From the NCBI GenBank assembly GCA_024280785.1, contig JAJRPK010000008.1, forward strand, positions 1-34,224: a DNA stretch of 34,224 bases, read 5' to 3'. The position numbers were made by a program, and so were the translations under genes. A model generated the notes under the pieces. That model was not told where the DNA came from. It ran no database searches and saw nothing but the letters and a program-made list of their open reading frames with translations. Positions 8,920-17,438 of this stretch are shown here, one piece after another (the first letter of the stretch is position 1; the number at the start of each line of letters is the position of its first letter). This stretch comes from Gammaproteobacteria bacterium (lineage in GTDB: Bacteria > Pseudomonadota > Gammaproteobacteria > Pseudomonadales > UBA7434).

Positions 8920-9927
8920 TTAAACTTTTGCAAAAAAATCCCTGGCTGTTTGCTTATCTTGATGAATTTTCTCCGTCAATAGATCCAGCGACGCAAACTT
9001 TTTTTCCTCGCGAATTTTTTTTCGAAATCGCACGGTAATTCTCTTTCGATATAAATCACCGACAAAGCCCAGTAAATGAACTTCTAAAATTGCTTTGATT
9101 GAATCATTTACCGTTGGGCGGGTCCCCACGTTGGCTACAGCCCGATGCCACTGATGGTATAAAGGCTCTGAAGCGAACTCCGGATTAGCTTTACGCTCAC
9201 CGCCATGAACGAATACTTCAACTGCGTACACACCTGACATCGCTGTTCGTAATCGATGTAACTCTACATTGGCCGTCGGAGTGCCTAACGTTCTTCCCAG
9301 TTGCTGCCCATAAACTACTTTTCCCGAAATACTGTAGGGCCTGCCTAGCAGTGATTCGGCACCAGAAAAGTCGCCCTGTTCTAACATCTCCCGGATTCGA
9401 GTACTGGAAACCCGCTTACCAATCACACCAAGTGTCTCTGTATCCTCTACAGTAAAACCGTGCTTACGCCCCAAACTGTTTAATAATTCAAAGTCACCAC
9501 CGCCATTGCGACCAAAACGCAAATCATCCCCGACCACGATATGCCGCGCATTTAAACCCTCGACAAACACTCGCTCGATAAACTCAACAGCATCCATATT
9601 TCGCATTTTATCGTCAAACCTTACCACCAGCACGCGATCGACGCCCCACTCTGCCAAGCCTTCAAACTTCTCGCGAAAGCTCATCAACCGAGCAGGAGCA
9701 TCCATCGGCACAAAGTACTCTCTGGGCAACGGCTCAAGCGTAACCACTACCGAAGGCAAACCTGTCTCCGCCGCCCGCGCTACCACGTGATTTATCACCG
9801 ACCGGTGGCCCAAGTGTAAGCCATCAAATGCGCCAATCGTCAAGACTGTCCCTTCTCCCGAAAGATTAGAGCGGTGCTTGATTTGTAGATTATGTAGGCC
9901 GCGAATGAGCTCCACGCTCGACTCCAT
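8920..9927 (-). CDS. ribF: Bifunctional riboflavin kinase/FAD synthetase
   Basis: TIGAFDGLHLGH, VSSTRIR, GRTLGTPTAN, NVGTRPTV, LEVHL. Confidence 0.98.
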   Translation of the reverse strand: MESSVELIRGLHNLQIKHRSNLSGEGTVLTIGAFDGLHLGHRSVINHVVARAAETGLPSVVVTLEPLPREYFVPMDAPARLMSFREKFEGLAEWGVDRVLVVRFDDKMRNMDAVEFIERVFVEGLNARHIVVGDDLRFGRNGGGDFELLNSLGRKHGFTVEDTETLGVIGKRVSSTRIREMLEQGDFSGAESLLGRPYSISGKVVYGQQLGRTLGTPTANVELHRLRTAMSGVYAVEVFVHGGERKANPEFASEPLYHQWHRAVANVGTRPTVNDSIKAILEVHLLGFVGDLYRKRITVRFRKKIREEKKFASLDLLTEKIHQDKQTARDFFAKV

Positions 9928-10156
9928 TTGTTAGTGCCACGGCATGCGATCCAAAAAACGTCGGCTGGCCGGTAATTTTAAATTTTGCTTTCTAACCATG
10001 CTATCCCACAAACTGCTTGTATGCGGAAAAGCGACGAATTATAACCTCAAAGCTGAGCTTAGCTGGGAATTTTCAACGGGTGAATATCGACAAAACTGCA
10101 GGGCTTTCCGCTTTAAAAGTCGCCTCGCCCTAATTGCCCGATTCAAATCAATGCGA

Positions 10157-11884
10157 CTAATCTACACTAACAGCCCTAAACTGCTTAAACCTTACGCCTA
10201 AGGCAAACAGAAGCGACAGGTAAGTTACTAGCCCTGCGAAACACAGCCATGTAACTTTCACTATCCGCTGCCAACTGTTCGCGTCAGGCCAGAACAGCGG
10301 ATCTGGCAATAAGAACTGCAGCAATACCAACATAGCGCAGACAGCCACGATAACCTTTTGTAATAGCCGCCAAAACTGACTTGATAATATGGGTCCGTTT
10401 TTGACCTCATCACGATCGAGAGTACTACCTTGCTCCGAAACCTGCATTTCAGACGCAGATTTCACCTGCACCGCCGAAAGGCCACGTAATAGCATTCCTG
10501 CATTGACAAAAGCGGAAACCGAAGTTGCTAATGCTAAGCCCACATGTCCCAACTTAAAGTAAAAATGCAAAAATCCTACAAAAATAAGATTTAGCACCAT
10601 ATTAAGCCCCATGGTAATAATGCCAATTTTAACCGGTGTTTTGGTATCTTGCTGTGAGTAGTACCCTGTTGCCAGCACCTTAATAGCCATAAAGGCTAGC
10701 AGGCCTAAAGCATAGGCACGCAGGCTATAAGACGCCATATGGACGTCCTCGGGGGTCATCGCTTGATATTGAAACAATGTGTAAAGAATCGGTGAGGCCA
10801 AAATAATTAGTGCTGCGGATGCTGGTAGTGCGATTACTACGATACAACGTAGCGCCCAATCGAGCGTCTGCTGAAATTTAATCTCAGGAGATTTATTCGC
10901 AGTAACTGAACCCTCGCCGCCAGCGTCATCTACCTCGTCTCTCTTTAACCCTAACCGCGACAAACTTGGCAGAATAACGGTGGCGATAGCTATGCCAAAA
11001 ACACCAAGAGGAAGTTCTGCCAAACGATCCGAGTAATATAGCCAAGAAACGCTACCCGTCGGTAAAAATGATGCGAGCACGGTATCGAGCAGTAAATTGA
11101 TTTGGCTAACAGATACACCGAAAATCGCTGGTAACATCAGTGCCATTATTTTTCGCACACCGGGGTGCTGAGTATCCCAGATCGGTTGCGGCAATAATTC
11201 TAGCCGAGCCAAAAATGGCAACTGGAATAGTAGCTGCGCACACCCTGCAAATAATACTGCCCACGCCAGAGCATAAACCGGCTGCGCCAATAGCGGCGAT
11301 ACAAACACTGCAAAACCAATAAGCGAGAGATTGAGTAATACCGGAGTAAATGCAGGAACGACAAAGCGATCGTAGCTATTGAGTATCGCGCCAGCAAATC
11401 CGGTCAAAGAAATTAACAGTAAGTACGGAAAGGTGATGCGTAATAAGCCCGCCGTAAGGGCAAATTTTTCAGGCTGATCGATAAAGCCAGGCGCAAACAA
11501 CATCGCTACCATAGGGGCTGCCATCACGACCAAACCGGTCAATAATAATAGGCTACCGCCTAAAACTCCACACACGGCATTGACCAAAACCTGAATGGCC
11601 GCCAGATTGCCTTCGTTTTCATATTGACGCCGATATTCGGACAAGACCGGAACAAAAGCCTGAGAAAATGCGCCCTCGGCAAATAGCCTTCGTAAAAATT
11701 GCGGCACTTTAAACGCAATAAAAAACGCATCGGCGTTTCCACCAGCACCAAAAAAACGTGCGATTACAATATCTCGAATCAGGCCCATGACTCGCGAAAG
11801 CATAGTCATCGACCCAACCGTAACACTAGAGCCTAGTAGACTTCCGACTTGCTTCGGCTGATCGTTTGCAGATGGCTTATTCAA
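10157..11884 (-). CDS. murJ: Lipid II flippase MurJ (MviN)
   Basis: SRVMGLIRD, FLRRLFAEGAFSQAFVP, SWLYYSDRLAELPLGVFG, QDTKTPVK. Confidence 0.98.
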   Translation of the reverse strand: MNKPSANDQPKQVGSLLGSSVTVGSMTMLSRVMGLIRDIVIARFFGAGGNADAFFIAFKVPQFLRRLFAEGAFSQAFVPVLSEYRRQYENEGNLAAIQVLVNAVCGVLGGSLLLLTGLVVMAAPMVAMLFAPGFIDQPEKFALTAGLLRITFPYLLLISLTGFAGAILNSYDRFVVPAFTPVLLNLSLIGFAVFVSPLLAQPVYALAWAVLFAGCAQLLFQLPFLARLELLPQPIWDTQHPGVRKIMALMLPAIFGVSVSQINLLLDTVLASFLPTGSVSWLYYSDRLAELPLGVFGIAIATVILPSLSRLGLKRDEVDDAGGEGSVTANKSPEIKFQQTLDWALRCIVVIALPASAALIILASPILYTLFQYQAMTPEDVHMASYSLRAYALGLLAFMAIKVLATGYYSQQDTKTPVKIGIITMGLNMVLNLIFVGFLHFYFKLGHVGLALATSVSAFVNAGMLLRGLSAVQVKSASEMQVSEQGSTLDRDEVKNGPILSSQFWRLLQKVIVAVCAMLVLLQFLLPDPLFWPDANSWQRIVKVTWLCFAGLVTYLSLLFALGVRFKQFRAVSVD

Positions 11885-11901
11885 TGCTTAACAGCCCACC
11901 A

Positions 11902-12915
11902 TTAACGCCTACCGCCCGTATACCAGCGTACTGGTTGCGAGTTTTTATCAACTGCATCTACGATATCTAAAGTCAAAGCAAATAATGCCATCCGCACCAC
12001 CACGCCGTTATCCGTTTGCCGAAATATAGCAAGATTGGGATTTTGGTTTAAGTCACTATCCAGTTCGTTGGCTTCGGCCCTCGAGTCCCTCGGCAAAGGG
12101 TGCATAATAACAGTGTTAGGCTCGCAGTATTGAGTATACACCGCTTGGTTCAAGCGAAACCTTCCTCGATACAAATCAGCTTCTTCTTGTGAGCCAAATC
12201 TTTCTTCTTGAATGCGCGTTGAATAGACAATATCGACATGCGCTATGCTCGACTCAAGTGATTCGGTAATAACCACTTTATGACCCGCTTCAACTAACAA
12301 ATCTACTAAGTCTTCAGGCATTTTTAATGCTGCTGGCGACACGAGGTAAATCTCGATATTCTGATAATTACAAAGTAATTTTGCGAGCGAATGAACAGTG
12401 CGCCCATGCTTGAGATCACCAATCATACCAATTCGCAAACCGTCTAGCTCCTTACCCCTACCTTGTAGCTCTCGCCTAATCGTATACAGATCAAGCAACG
12501 CTTGGGTTGGATGTTCATTCGCCCCGTCCCCGCCGTTGATTACGGGGACACGGCTAGCCGATGCAAACTCAGCAACCGAGCCAGACTGTGGATGACGCAT
12601 CACAATAACGTCACTGTAACCACTTAAGACCCGTGCCGTATCGTATAAAGATTCGCCCTTGGCAAGCGCCGAATTTTCAATACCCGTCGTCTCTCGAACT
12701 TCTCCTCCAAGTAGATTAAACGCACAACCAAAGCTAACGCGAGTACGCGTACTAGGCTCGAAAAACATATTGCTTAAAATTGCCCCATCCAGAACCTTTG
12801 TAATGCGTTGTCGCTTCGCATAAGGCTCCATGTTAATAGCCACGCTAAAAAGACGATCGATATCTTTGCGCTCAAATTGATCTATTGACAGAATATGACT
12901 GCCGACAAAATTCAT
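11902..12915 (-). CDS. pyrB: Aspartate carbamoyltransferase catalytic chain
   Basis: FFEPSTRTRVSF, KGESLYDT, HPTQALLD, GDLKHGRTVHS, RIQEER, MHPLPR; GGAG RBS. Confidence 0.95.
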   Translation of the reverse strand: MNFVGSHILSIDQFERKDIDRLFSVAINMEPYAKRQRITKVLDGAILSNMFFEPSTRTRVSFGCAFNLLGGEVRETTGIENSALAKGESLYDTARVLSGYSDVIVMRHPQSGSVAEFASASRVPVINGGDGANEHPTQALLDLYTIRRELQGRGKELDGLRIGMIGDLKHGRTVHSLAKLLCNYQNIEIYLVSPAALKMPEDLVDLLVEAGHKVVITESLESSIAHVDIVYSTRIQEERFGSQEEADLYRGRFRLNQAVYTQYCEPNTVIMHPLPRDSRAEANELDSDLNQNPNLAIFRQTDNGVVVRMALFALTLDIVDAVDKNSQPVRWYTGGRR

Positions 12916-13023
12916 ACGACATGCTCCAATAGCTAATAACCAAGATATAACACCAAAAACCGGGCAGCTAAGTCTGGTGGAGCTGTAGTCTAAACTGCCA
13001 CTGATTACACGCCAAGCCCCTCG

Positions 13024-13052
13024 ACGGTATTGCGAACGTCATTATTGCTCAA
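13024..13052 (-). promoter_or_regulatory. Candidate sigma70 promoter for pyrB(-murJ)
   Basis: Minus strand TTGAGC-17 bp-TACCGT, about 110 bp upstream of the pyrB ATG. Confidence 0.3.
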
Positions 13053-13184
13053 CTAATCCATTGTAAGCTATGTATTAGAAACCCATAGCAAAGAAAATCA
13101 CCACAGAGAAAGCCGTAGAAAACTTCCAAAAAGCAAACACACACTAATTAGACTATTGAGTAAAAAGGGATAAGATGGAGAGAG

Positions 13185-13215
13185 TTGGGCGCAGCGACGT
13201 ATGTCAATGCGCCAA
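13185..13215 (-). terminator. Hairpin downstream of the 116-aa ORF, possible terminator
   Basis: GGCGCA-gc-GAC-gtat-GTC-aa-TGCGCC stem, followed on the minus strand by a pyrimidine-rich tract but no immediate U run. Confidence 0.35.
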
Positions 13216-13278
13216 TTAATCAAGGAGATATTCTGCTCTGGCAAAGAAAGGCTTGGACGAGCCAACAGCACGTAAAGG

Positions 13279-13629
13279 TTATAAACTCATACCAGAAGCA
13301 TCGGTTATTAGATATTCCACAAGAGTGGAAATACTCGTAGTAATGCCCCATTCGTCTGGAGCCACAAGTGACACCATACTACACCTGGCCGTAATGTCTG
13401 ACCATAACGACACTTTTTGTTCTTTGCTAAGTTGATGAACAGAGTAAAACCATGATTTCAGTTTCAGCTCTGAGCAATAGAGAAAATTTGAAAATTCTGC
13501 AGAGTAAGGGTTGCCTCTATATCGCTGAATTTCTTCAGCATGAAATTCAACCCCGTCAATCCCCGTAAGCTCATAGAGCGCGTCGAGGATATGTTTCTGT
13601 GCGGTACGAGTTCGTTCATCAATAAACAT
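13279..13629 (-). CDS. Hypothetical protein, 116 aa
   Basis: ATG preceded by TAAGGAAG, fills an otherwise empty interval, globular composition; no family recognised. Confidence 0.7.
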   Translation of the reverse strand: MFIDERTRTAQKHILDALYELTGIDGVEFHAEEIQRYRGNPYSAEFSNFLYCSELKLKSWFYSVHQLSKEQKVSLWSDITARCSMVSLVAPDEWGITTSISTLVEYLITDASGMSL

Positions 13630-13801
13630 CCAATCTTCCTTAATTTAAAAAATTAGCCCCTAAGTGCAGATTAAGCCCTTACGCGCGTATCCTATGTTCT
13701 ATTGGCCAACACAGTTCTTGTAGACACTTTTCCTGTCTGACTTATTTCCTATTTACACTGCCAAATTCATATACTAATTTGGTCGAACCATCCATGCTCA
13801 G

Positions 13802-13832
13802 CCATATAGGTTCACAAGCTGAATCTATATGG
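13802..13832. other. 13-bp hairpin between the NTF2-like gene and the orphan ORF
   Basis: CCATATAGGTTCA-CAAGC-TGAATCTATATGG, with one G-T pair. Confidence 0.55.
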
Positions 13833-13929
13833 GCAGCGCAGATTACAGCAAACATCATTCTTGCACAAGAGACCCTAATACTAGTAAATATCTACCTCAG
13901 CTAGTTGCCATTCCAGCCTTGGGACCTCT

Positions 13930-14412
13930 TTATCCCGCATGCTTTAATTGTGGAGTATCGCCACTAATATCGAAGACTAAAGTTGAAATATTTTGCGCAA
14001 CCGTTTCTGCTATTTGCCACTTATCATCTTGCTTGACATATTTATCATGATAAATGATTGCCAGCTGCGTAATCGTCTTAGCCTTTGTATTGATTAATTG
14101 ATAGGAAAGTTCCCACGTTCCCTCTGCTGCTTTTTCGTTTAATAAATGAATCACTGGATTGTGCCCATGATGCATTTCCAACATATGTGGATGGCAGGCT
14201 ACCTCGGTAAACAAACTGACCAATTGATCTCTATGATTAAACTGACCAACGGGTCCATAATCAATCAGCACTTCGCCTTCGATGAAGCAATCCCTCATCA
14301 AATCTGGTTTTTTGGTATCGCAGGCCATCAGGTAAGTTGACTTGAGTGTTTTGATCGCATCAATGGCTTCAAGCCGATCGAGTCTCGACGCTAATTGTTG
14401 TAATTGGTCCAT
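13930..14412 (-). CDS. NTF2-like/SnoaL_4 family protein (BaiE/LinA/scytalone dehydratase-like)
   Basis: RLDRLEAIDAIKTLKSTYLMACDTK, MHHGHNPVI, AEGTW, YHDKYVKQDDKWQI. The ATG at 14412 is preferred (AGGTGGG upstream). Confidence 0.85.
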   Translation of the reverse strand: MDQLQQLASRLDRLEAIDAIKTLKSTYLMACDTKKPDLMRDCFIEGEVLIDYGPVGQFNHRDQLVSLFTEVACHPHMLEMHHGHNPVIHLLNEKAAEGTWELSYQLINTKAKTITQLAIIYHDKYVKQDDKWQIAETVAQNISTLVFDISGDTPQLKHAG

Positions 14413-14585
14413 TTTTCCCACCTGCACTGAAACAAAAACGGTATCATACGTGAACTCAAGCTACTTAATCGATGGTGAAACTGTTCACAAAATTTCACTC
14501 GTTGAACTTTGCCTATTCTGTTGTGGATGACTTACTACCGAGACATTTGAAAAGAATACAAACTACTAATGTAAAGAGAATAATT

Positions 14586-15200
14586 ATGTATGTGGTAGGA
14601 CTAACCGGCGGTATCGGAAGTGGGAAATCTGCAGCGGCCAGCCTGTTTGCCAAGCTAGGCGTTACCGTTATTAACGCCGACATCGTAGCTCGAGAAGTGG
14701 TTGAGCCAGATACTATAGCTCTATCAAAAATTGCTGAGCACTTTGGACAGAATATTATCCAGCAAGACGGAACGCTAGACCGCGCAGCCCTACGAAATAA
14801 AGTTTTCTCTAACGAGGCCGAAAGACTTTGGCTAGAACAGCTTACCCACCCTATTATTGGTGACGCCATTTTTACTCAATTGAACACTACGAAAAAATCT
14901 GGGGAAGCAGACTACCGAATATTGGAGTCGCCATTGCTAATGGAAACCACTCAAAAGCATTTGGCTCAACGATTGCTATTGATTGACGTGCCAACTGAAA
15001 TACAAATACAGCGTACAATGGCACGAGACAATAATTCAGAAGAACAAGTCAAAGCCATATTGGCCGCCCAGATGGCACGCGAAGATAAAATAAAACTGGC
15101 CGATGACATTATAGAAAATACAGGAACATTAGCGCAACTTGAGGTGCAAGTAGAACAACTGCATTTGCAATACCTTGAACTTGCAAAAAAAACCGCCTAA
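14586..15200 (+). CDS. coaE: Dephospho-CoA kinase
   Basis: MYVVGLTGGIGSGKS P-loop, ADIVAREVV, LDRAALR, HPII, PLLME. The true start is the ATG at 14586. Confidence 0.97.
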   Translation: MYVVGLTGGIGSGKSAAASLFAKLGVTVINADIVAREVVEPDTIALSKIAEHFGQNIIQQDGTLDRAALRNKVFSNEAERLWLEQLTHPIIGDAIFTQLNTTKKSGEADYRILESPLLMETTQKHLAQRLLLIDVPTEIQIQRTMARDNNSEEQVKAILAAQMAREDKIKLADDIIENTGTLAQLEVQVEQLHLQYLELAKKTA

Positions 15201-15218
15201 CAGAAAAACGATATTGCA

Positions 15219-15419
15219 ATGAAAAAAAAAGCTATTACTGTTGATTGCCCTAACTGCCATCGTTCAATTGTGTGGGGCGACGAATACCCAGAGCGACCAT
15301 TTTGTTCAAAACGCTGTAAAGACAGTGATTTTATCGACTGGGCTAACGAGCAAAAAACTATTCCAGGCAGCCCTAGCTACGACGACATTTTTAGTGAGGG
15401 TGACCCAGACCTATACTAA
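15219..15419 (+). CDS. yacG: DNA gyrase inhibitor YacG
   Basis: CPNC...RPFCSKRC zinc finger, DWANE; directly downstream of coaE. Confidence 0.93.
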   Translation: MKKKAITVDCPNCHRSIVWGDEYPERPFCSKRCKDSDFIDWANEQKTIPGSPSYDDIFSEGDPDLY

Positions 15420-15488
15420 CCCTCAGCCAAAAGAATATACCGCCCTATTTAAATTGTTATTGTCCACACTTACATCCTTCAAGCCAAT

Positions 15489-15911
15489 TTAATGTGCTGT
15501 AGACTCCGTCAAAATCTTTTGTGCCGCCAGCACAATTTCGGTATTAGCTTTAGGAAAGTCGTAATTCTCTAGTTCAGCGGCGTCAACCCATTTTATCGGC
15601 TGGTTTTCGAGCCCACAAGGTTCACCGAGAAACTCACTGACCCACCAAACATCAAGTAATACTTGCTTATCACCATAATCATGCATCACTTGAATAAACT
15701 CTACCGCATTGACTATGGTTATGCCTAATTCCTCTTTAAGCTCTCTCGCTAAGGCAATGTCTACGCTCTCCTCAGGTTCCACTTTTCCACCAGGAAACTC
15801 CCACAATCCCCCTTGGTGTAAGTGATCTGCCCGCTTGGCAATAAGAATCTTGCGCTCAGGGCTCACAATTAAACCCACAGCGACATGCACCAAAGAGCCT
15901 GAGTAAGTCAT
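15489..15911 (-). CDS. mutT: 8-oxo-dGTP diphosphatase MutT (Nudix)
   Basis: HQGGLWEFPGGKVEPEES..ALARELKEELGI Nudix box, FPKAN; no C-terminal thiamine-phosphate-synthase-like fusion. Confidence 0.93.
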   Translation of the reverse strand: MTYSGSLVHVAVGLIVSPERKILIAKRADHLHQGGLWEFPGGKVEPEESVDIALARELKEELGITIVNAVEFIQVMHDYGDKQVLLDVWWVSEFLGEPCGLENQPIKWVDAAELENYDFPKANTEIVLAAQKILTESTAH

Positions 15912-15917
15912 AATATA

Positions 15918-17210
15918 TCAGGATCGATAATCAGCATTGATGTGAACGTAATCCAACGACAAGTCGCTAGTCCAAACCCGTTCCGATACGCCACCGCGAT
16001 TTAAGTTAATCGTTATTTTTATCTCTGCCTGAGACATGATTTTCATGCCTTCGGAATCTACATAGCTCTTTGCCCTGCCACCGTTTTCACAAATAAGTAG
16101 ATCATCAAGGTATATAGATATCATTTTAACATCGAGACTAGCCAAGCCAGAGCGACCTACTGCCGCCAAAATTCGCCCCCAATTGGCATCGCTGGCAAAA
16201 AATGCTGTTTTAACTAACGGAGATTCGGCCACCGCGTAAGCCACTTGCAAACATTCCTCACTGTCCATTCCGCCATTGACATCTATGGTAATAAATTTAG
16301 TGGCTCCCTCAGCATCGCGAATAATGGCCGTTGCCATACTTTCAAACAAGAAATTTAATTCATCTTTAAAATCATCCCAACGACTATGAGCGGGCGAAAG
16401 CTCTACTCCTGACTGACCTGTTGCGGCAAAGAGACAAGCGTCATTAGTTGATGTATCACCATCGACAGTAATGCGATTAAATGATTTTTTTACCGCACCG
16501 TTTAACAGCTTGTCAGCATCAGCAGTGCAAATTTTTGCATCGGTTGCTACGTAAGCCAGCATGGTTGCCATGTTCGGGCGAATCATACCCGCCCCTTTAC
16601 AAATAGCAGAGAGTGTTACCGTAGAACCATCTATTATCATTGTACGACTGCCCGCCTTTGGCACCGTATCCGTGGTCATTATGGCATTTGCGGCACGATC
16701 CCAGCCATCGGCTGATACGTCGCGATAAAGCGCAGACATCGATTTCTCGAAGCAGCTAACCGGTAACAATTCACCTATTACGCCTGTAGAAAAAGGCAAC
16801 ACTTGTGCCGAATCACAACCTGTCACCTCAGCAAGCAGAGAGCAGCTTTTTTGTGCGGCAATGTATCCTTCGTCTCCAGTACCCGCATTGGCATTACCAG
16901 CGTTGACCAAACAGTACACTGGCTCCACTGAAGGCGGTACAGTAAGTTTCAGTAAGTTTTCCTTAGCAATCGTCACTGGCGCAGCGCAAAATGCGTTCTG
17001 GGTAAACACTGCAGCTACTGTTGTTCCTGCGTCCAAAACCATAAGCGCCAAATCAAGCGGTTTATCACTCAGAGTTCCGTTCTCTATCTCTGTGAGTGTG
17101 AGAGTGCTTACGGCACTATTTTTTATACCCGCACTTACAGCCCCCCAGCCGACACCTAAAACGGGGAGAACATTTAGTAACGCTAAAATATTTTTAGTTG
17201 AATTAATCAT
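15918..17210 (-). CDS. argJ: Bifunctional ornithine/N-acetylglutamate acetyltransferase ArgJ
   Basis: VFTQN, GNANAGTG, STGVIG, IMTTD, KGAGMIRPNMATML, DGDTSTND, DANWGRI, INADYRS. Start is probably the ATG at 17210. Confidence 0.96.
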   Translation of the reverse strand: MINSTKNILALLNVLPVLGVGWGAVSAGIKNSAVSTLTLTEIENGTLSDKPLDLALMVLDAGTTVAAVFTQNAFCAAPVTIAKENLLKLTVPPSVEPVYCLVNAGNANAGTGDEGYIAAQKSCSLLAEVTGCDSAQVLPFSTGVIGELLPVSCFEKSMSALYRDVSADGWDRAANAIMTTDTVPKAGSRTMIIDGSTVTLSAICKGAGMIRPNMATMLAYVATDAKICTADADKLLNGAVKKSFNRITVDGDTSTNDACLFAATGQSGVELSPAHSRWDDFKDELNFLFESMATAIIRDAEGATKFITIDVNGGMDSEECLQVAYAVAESPLVKTAFFASDANWGRILAAVGRSGLASLDVKMISIYLDDLLICENGGRAKSYVDSEGMKIMSQAEIKITINLNRGGVSERVWTSDLSLDYVHINADYRS

Positions 17211-17349
17211 GAAAGCTATTGAAAAAACTATGAAGTAAAAAAACAGCACCCAAAGGTTAAACCAATAAGGTCCTGCTCACCTTATTGACGAGCGCCCCAC
17301 ACCCTTTTTATTTGGCGCACTAACTTAGCAGCATTCACTTAACGGCCGC

Positions 17350-17419
17350 AATCTAGTGGCAATGATCTAGTGATAATGGTCTAGCTGTAATAATCTAGTG
17401 GCATTAACCTAGTAAAAAC
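17350..17419. repeat. Degenerate 14-bp tandem repeat x5 with invariant CTAG core, between secA and argJ
   Basis: AATCTAGTGGCAAT/GATCTAGTGATAAT/GGTCTAGCTGTAAT/AATCTAGTGGCATT/AACCTAGTAAAAAC; CTAG at 17353, 17367, 17381, 17395 and 17409. Confidence 0.85.
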
Positions 17420-17438
17420 CGCCGTAAACACGACAGCT

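Noticed and set aside
9944-10201. 85-aa plus-strand ORF between ribF and murJ, considered as a possible rpsT
   Set aside because: It shows no similarity to S20, overlaps the murJ end, and covers the likely ribF promoter region (TATAAT at 10038-10043, minus strand).
14472-14585. N-terminal extension of CoaE, and similar ones for LspA, FtsZ, MurC and ArgJ in the ORF track
   Set aside because: These come from longest-ORF calling; downstream ATGs fit the family N-termini, RBS or gene overlaps better.
15185-15230. A8 and A9 homopolymers at the end of coaE and start of yacG as phase-variation sites
   Set aside because: Both genes are in frame and the runs encode Lys codons; there is no evidence of slippage.
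17350-17419. CRISPR-like array
   Set aside because: The units are contiguous 14-mers with no spacers, and there are no cas genes.
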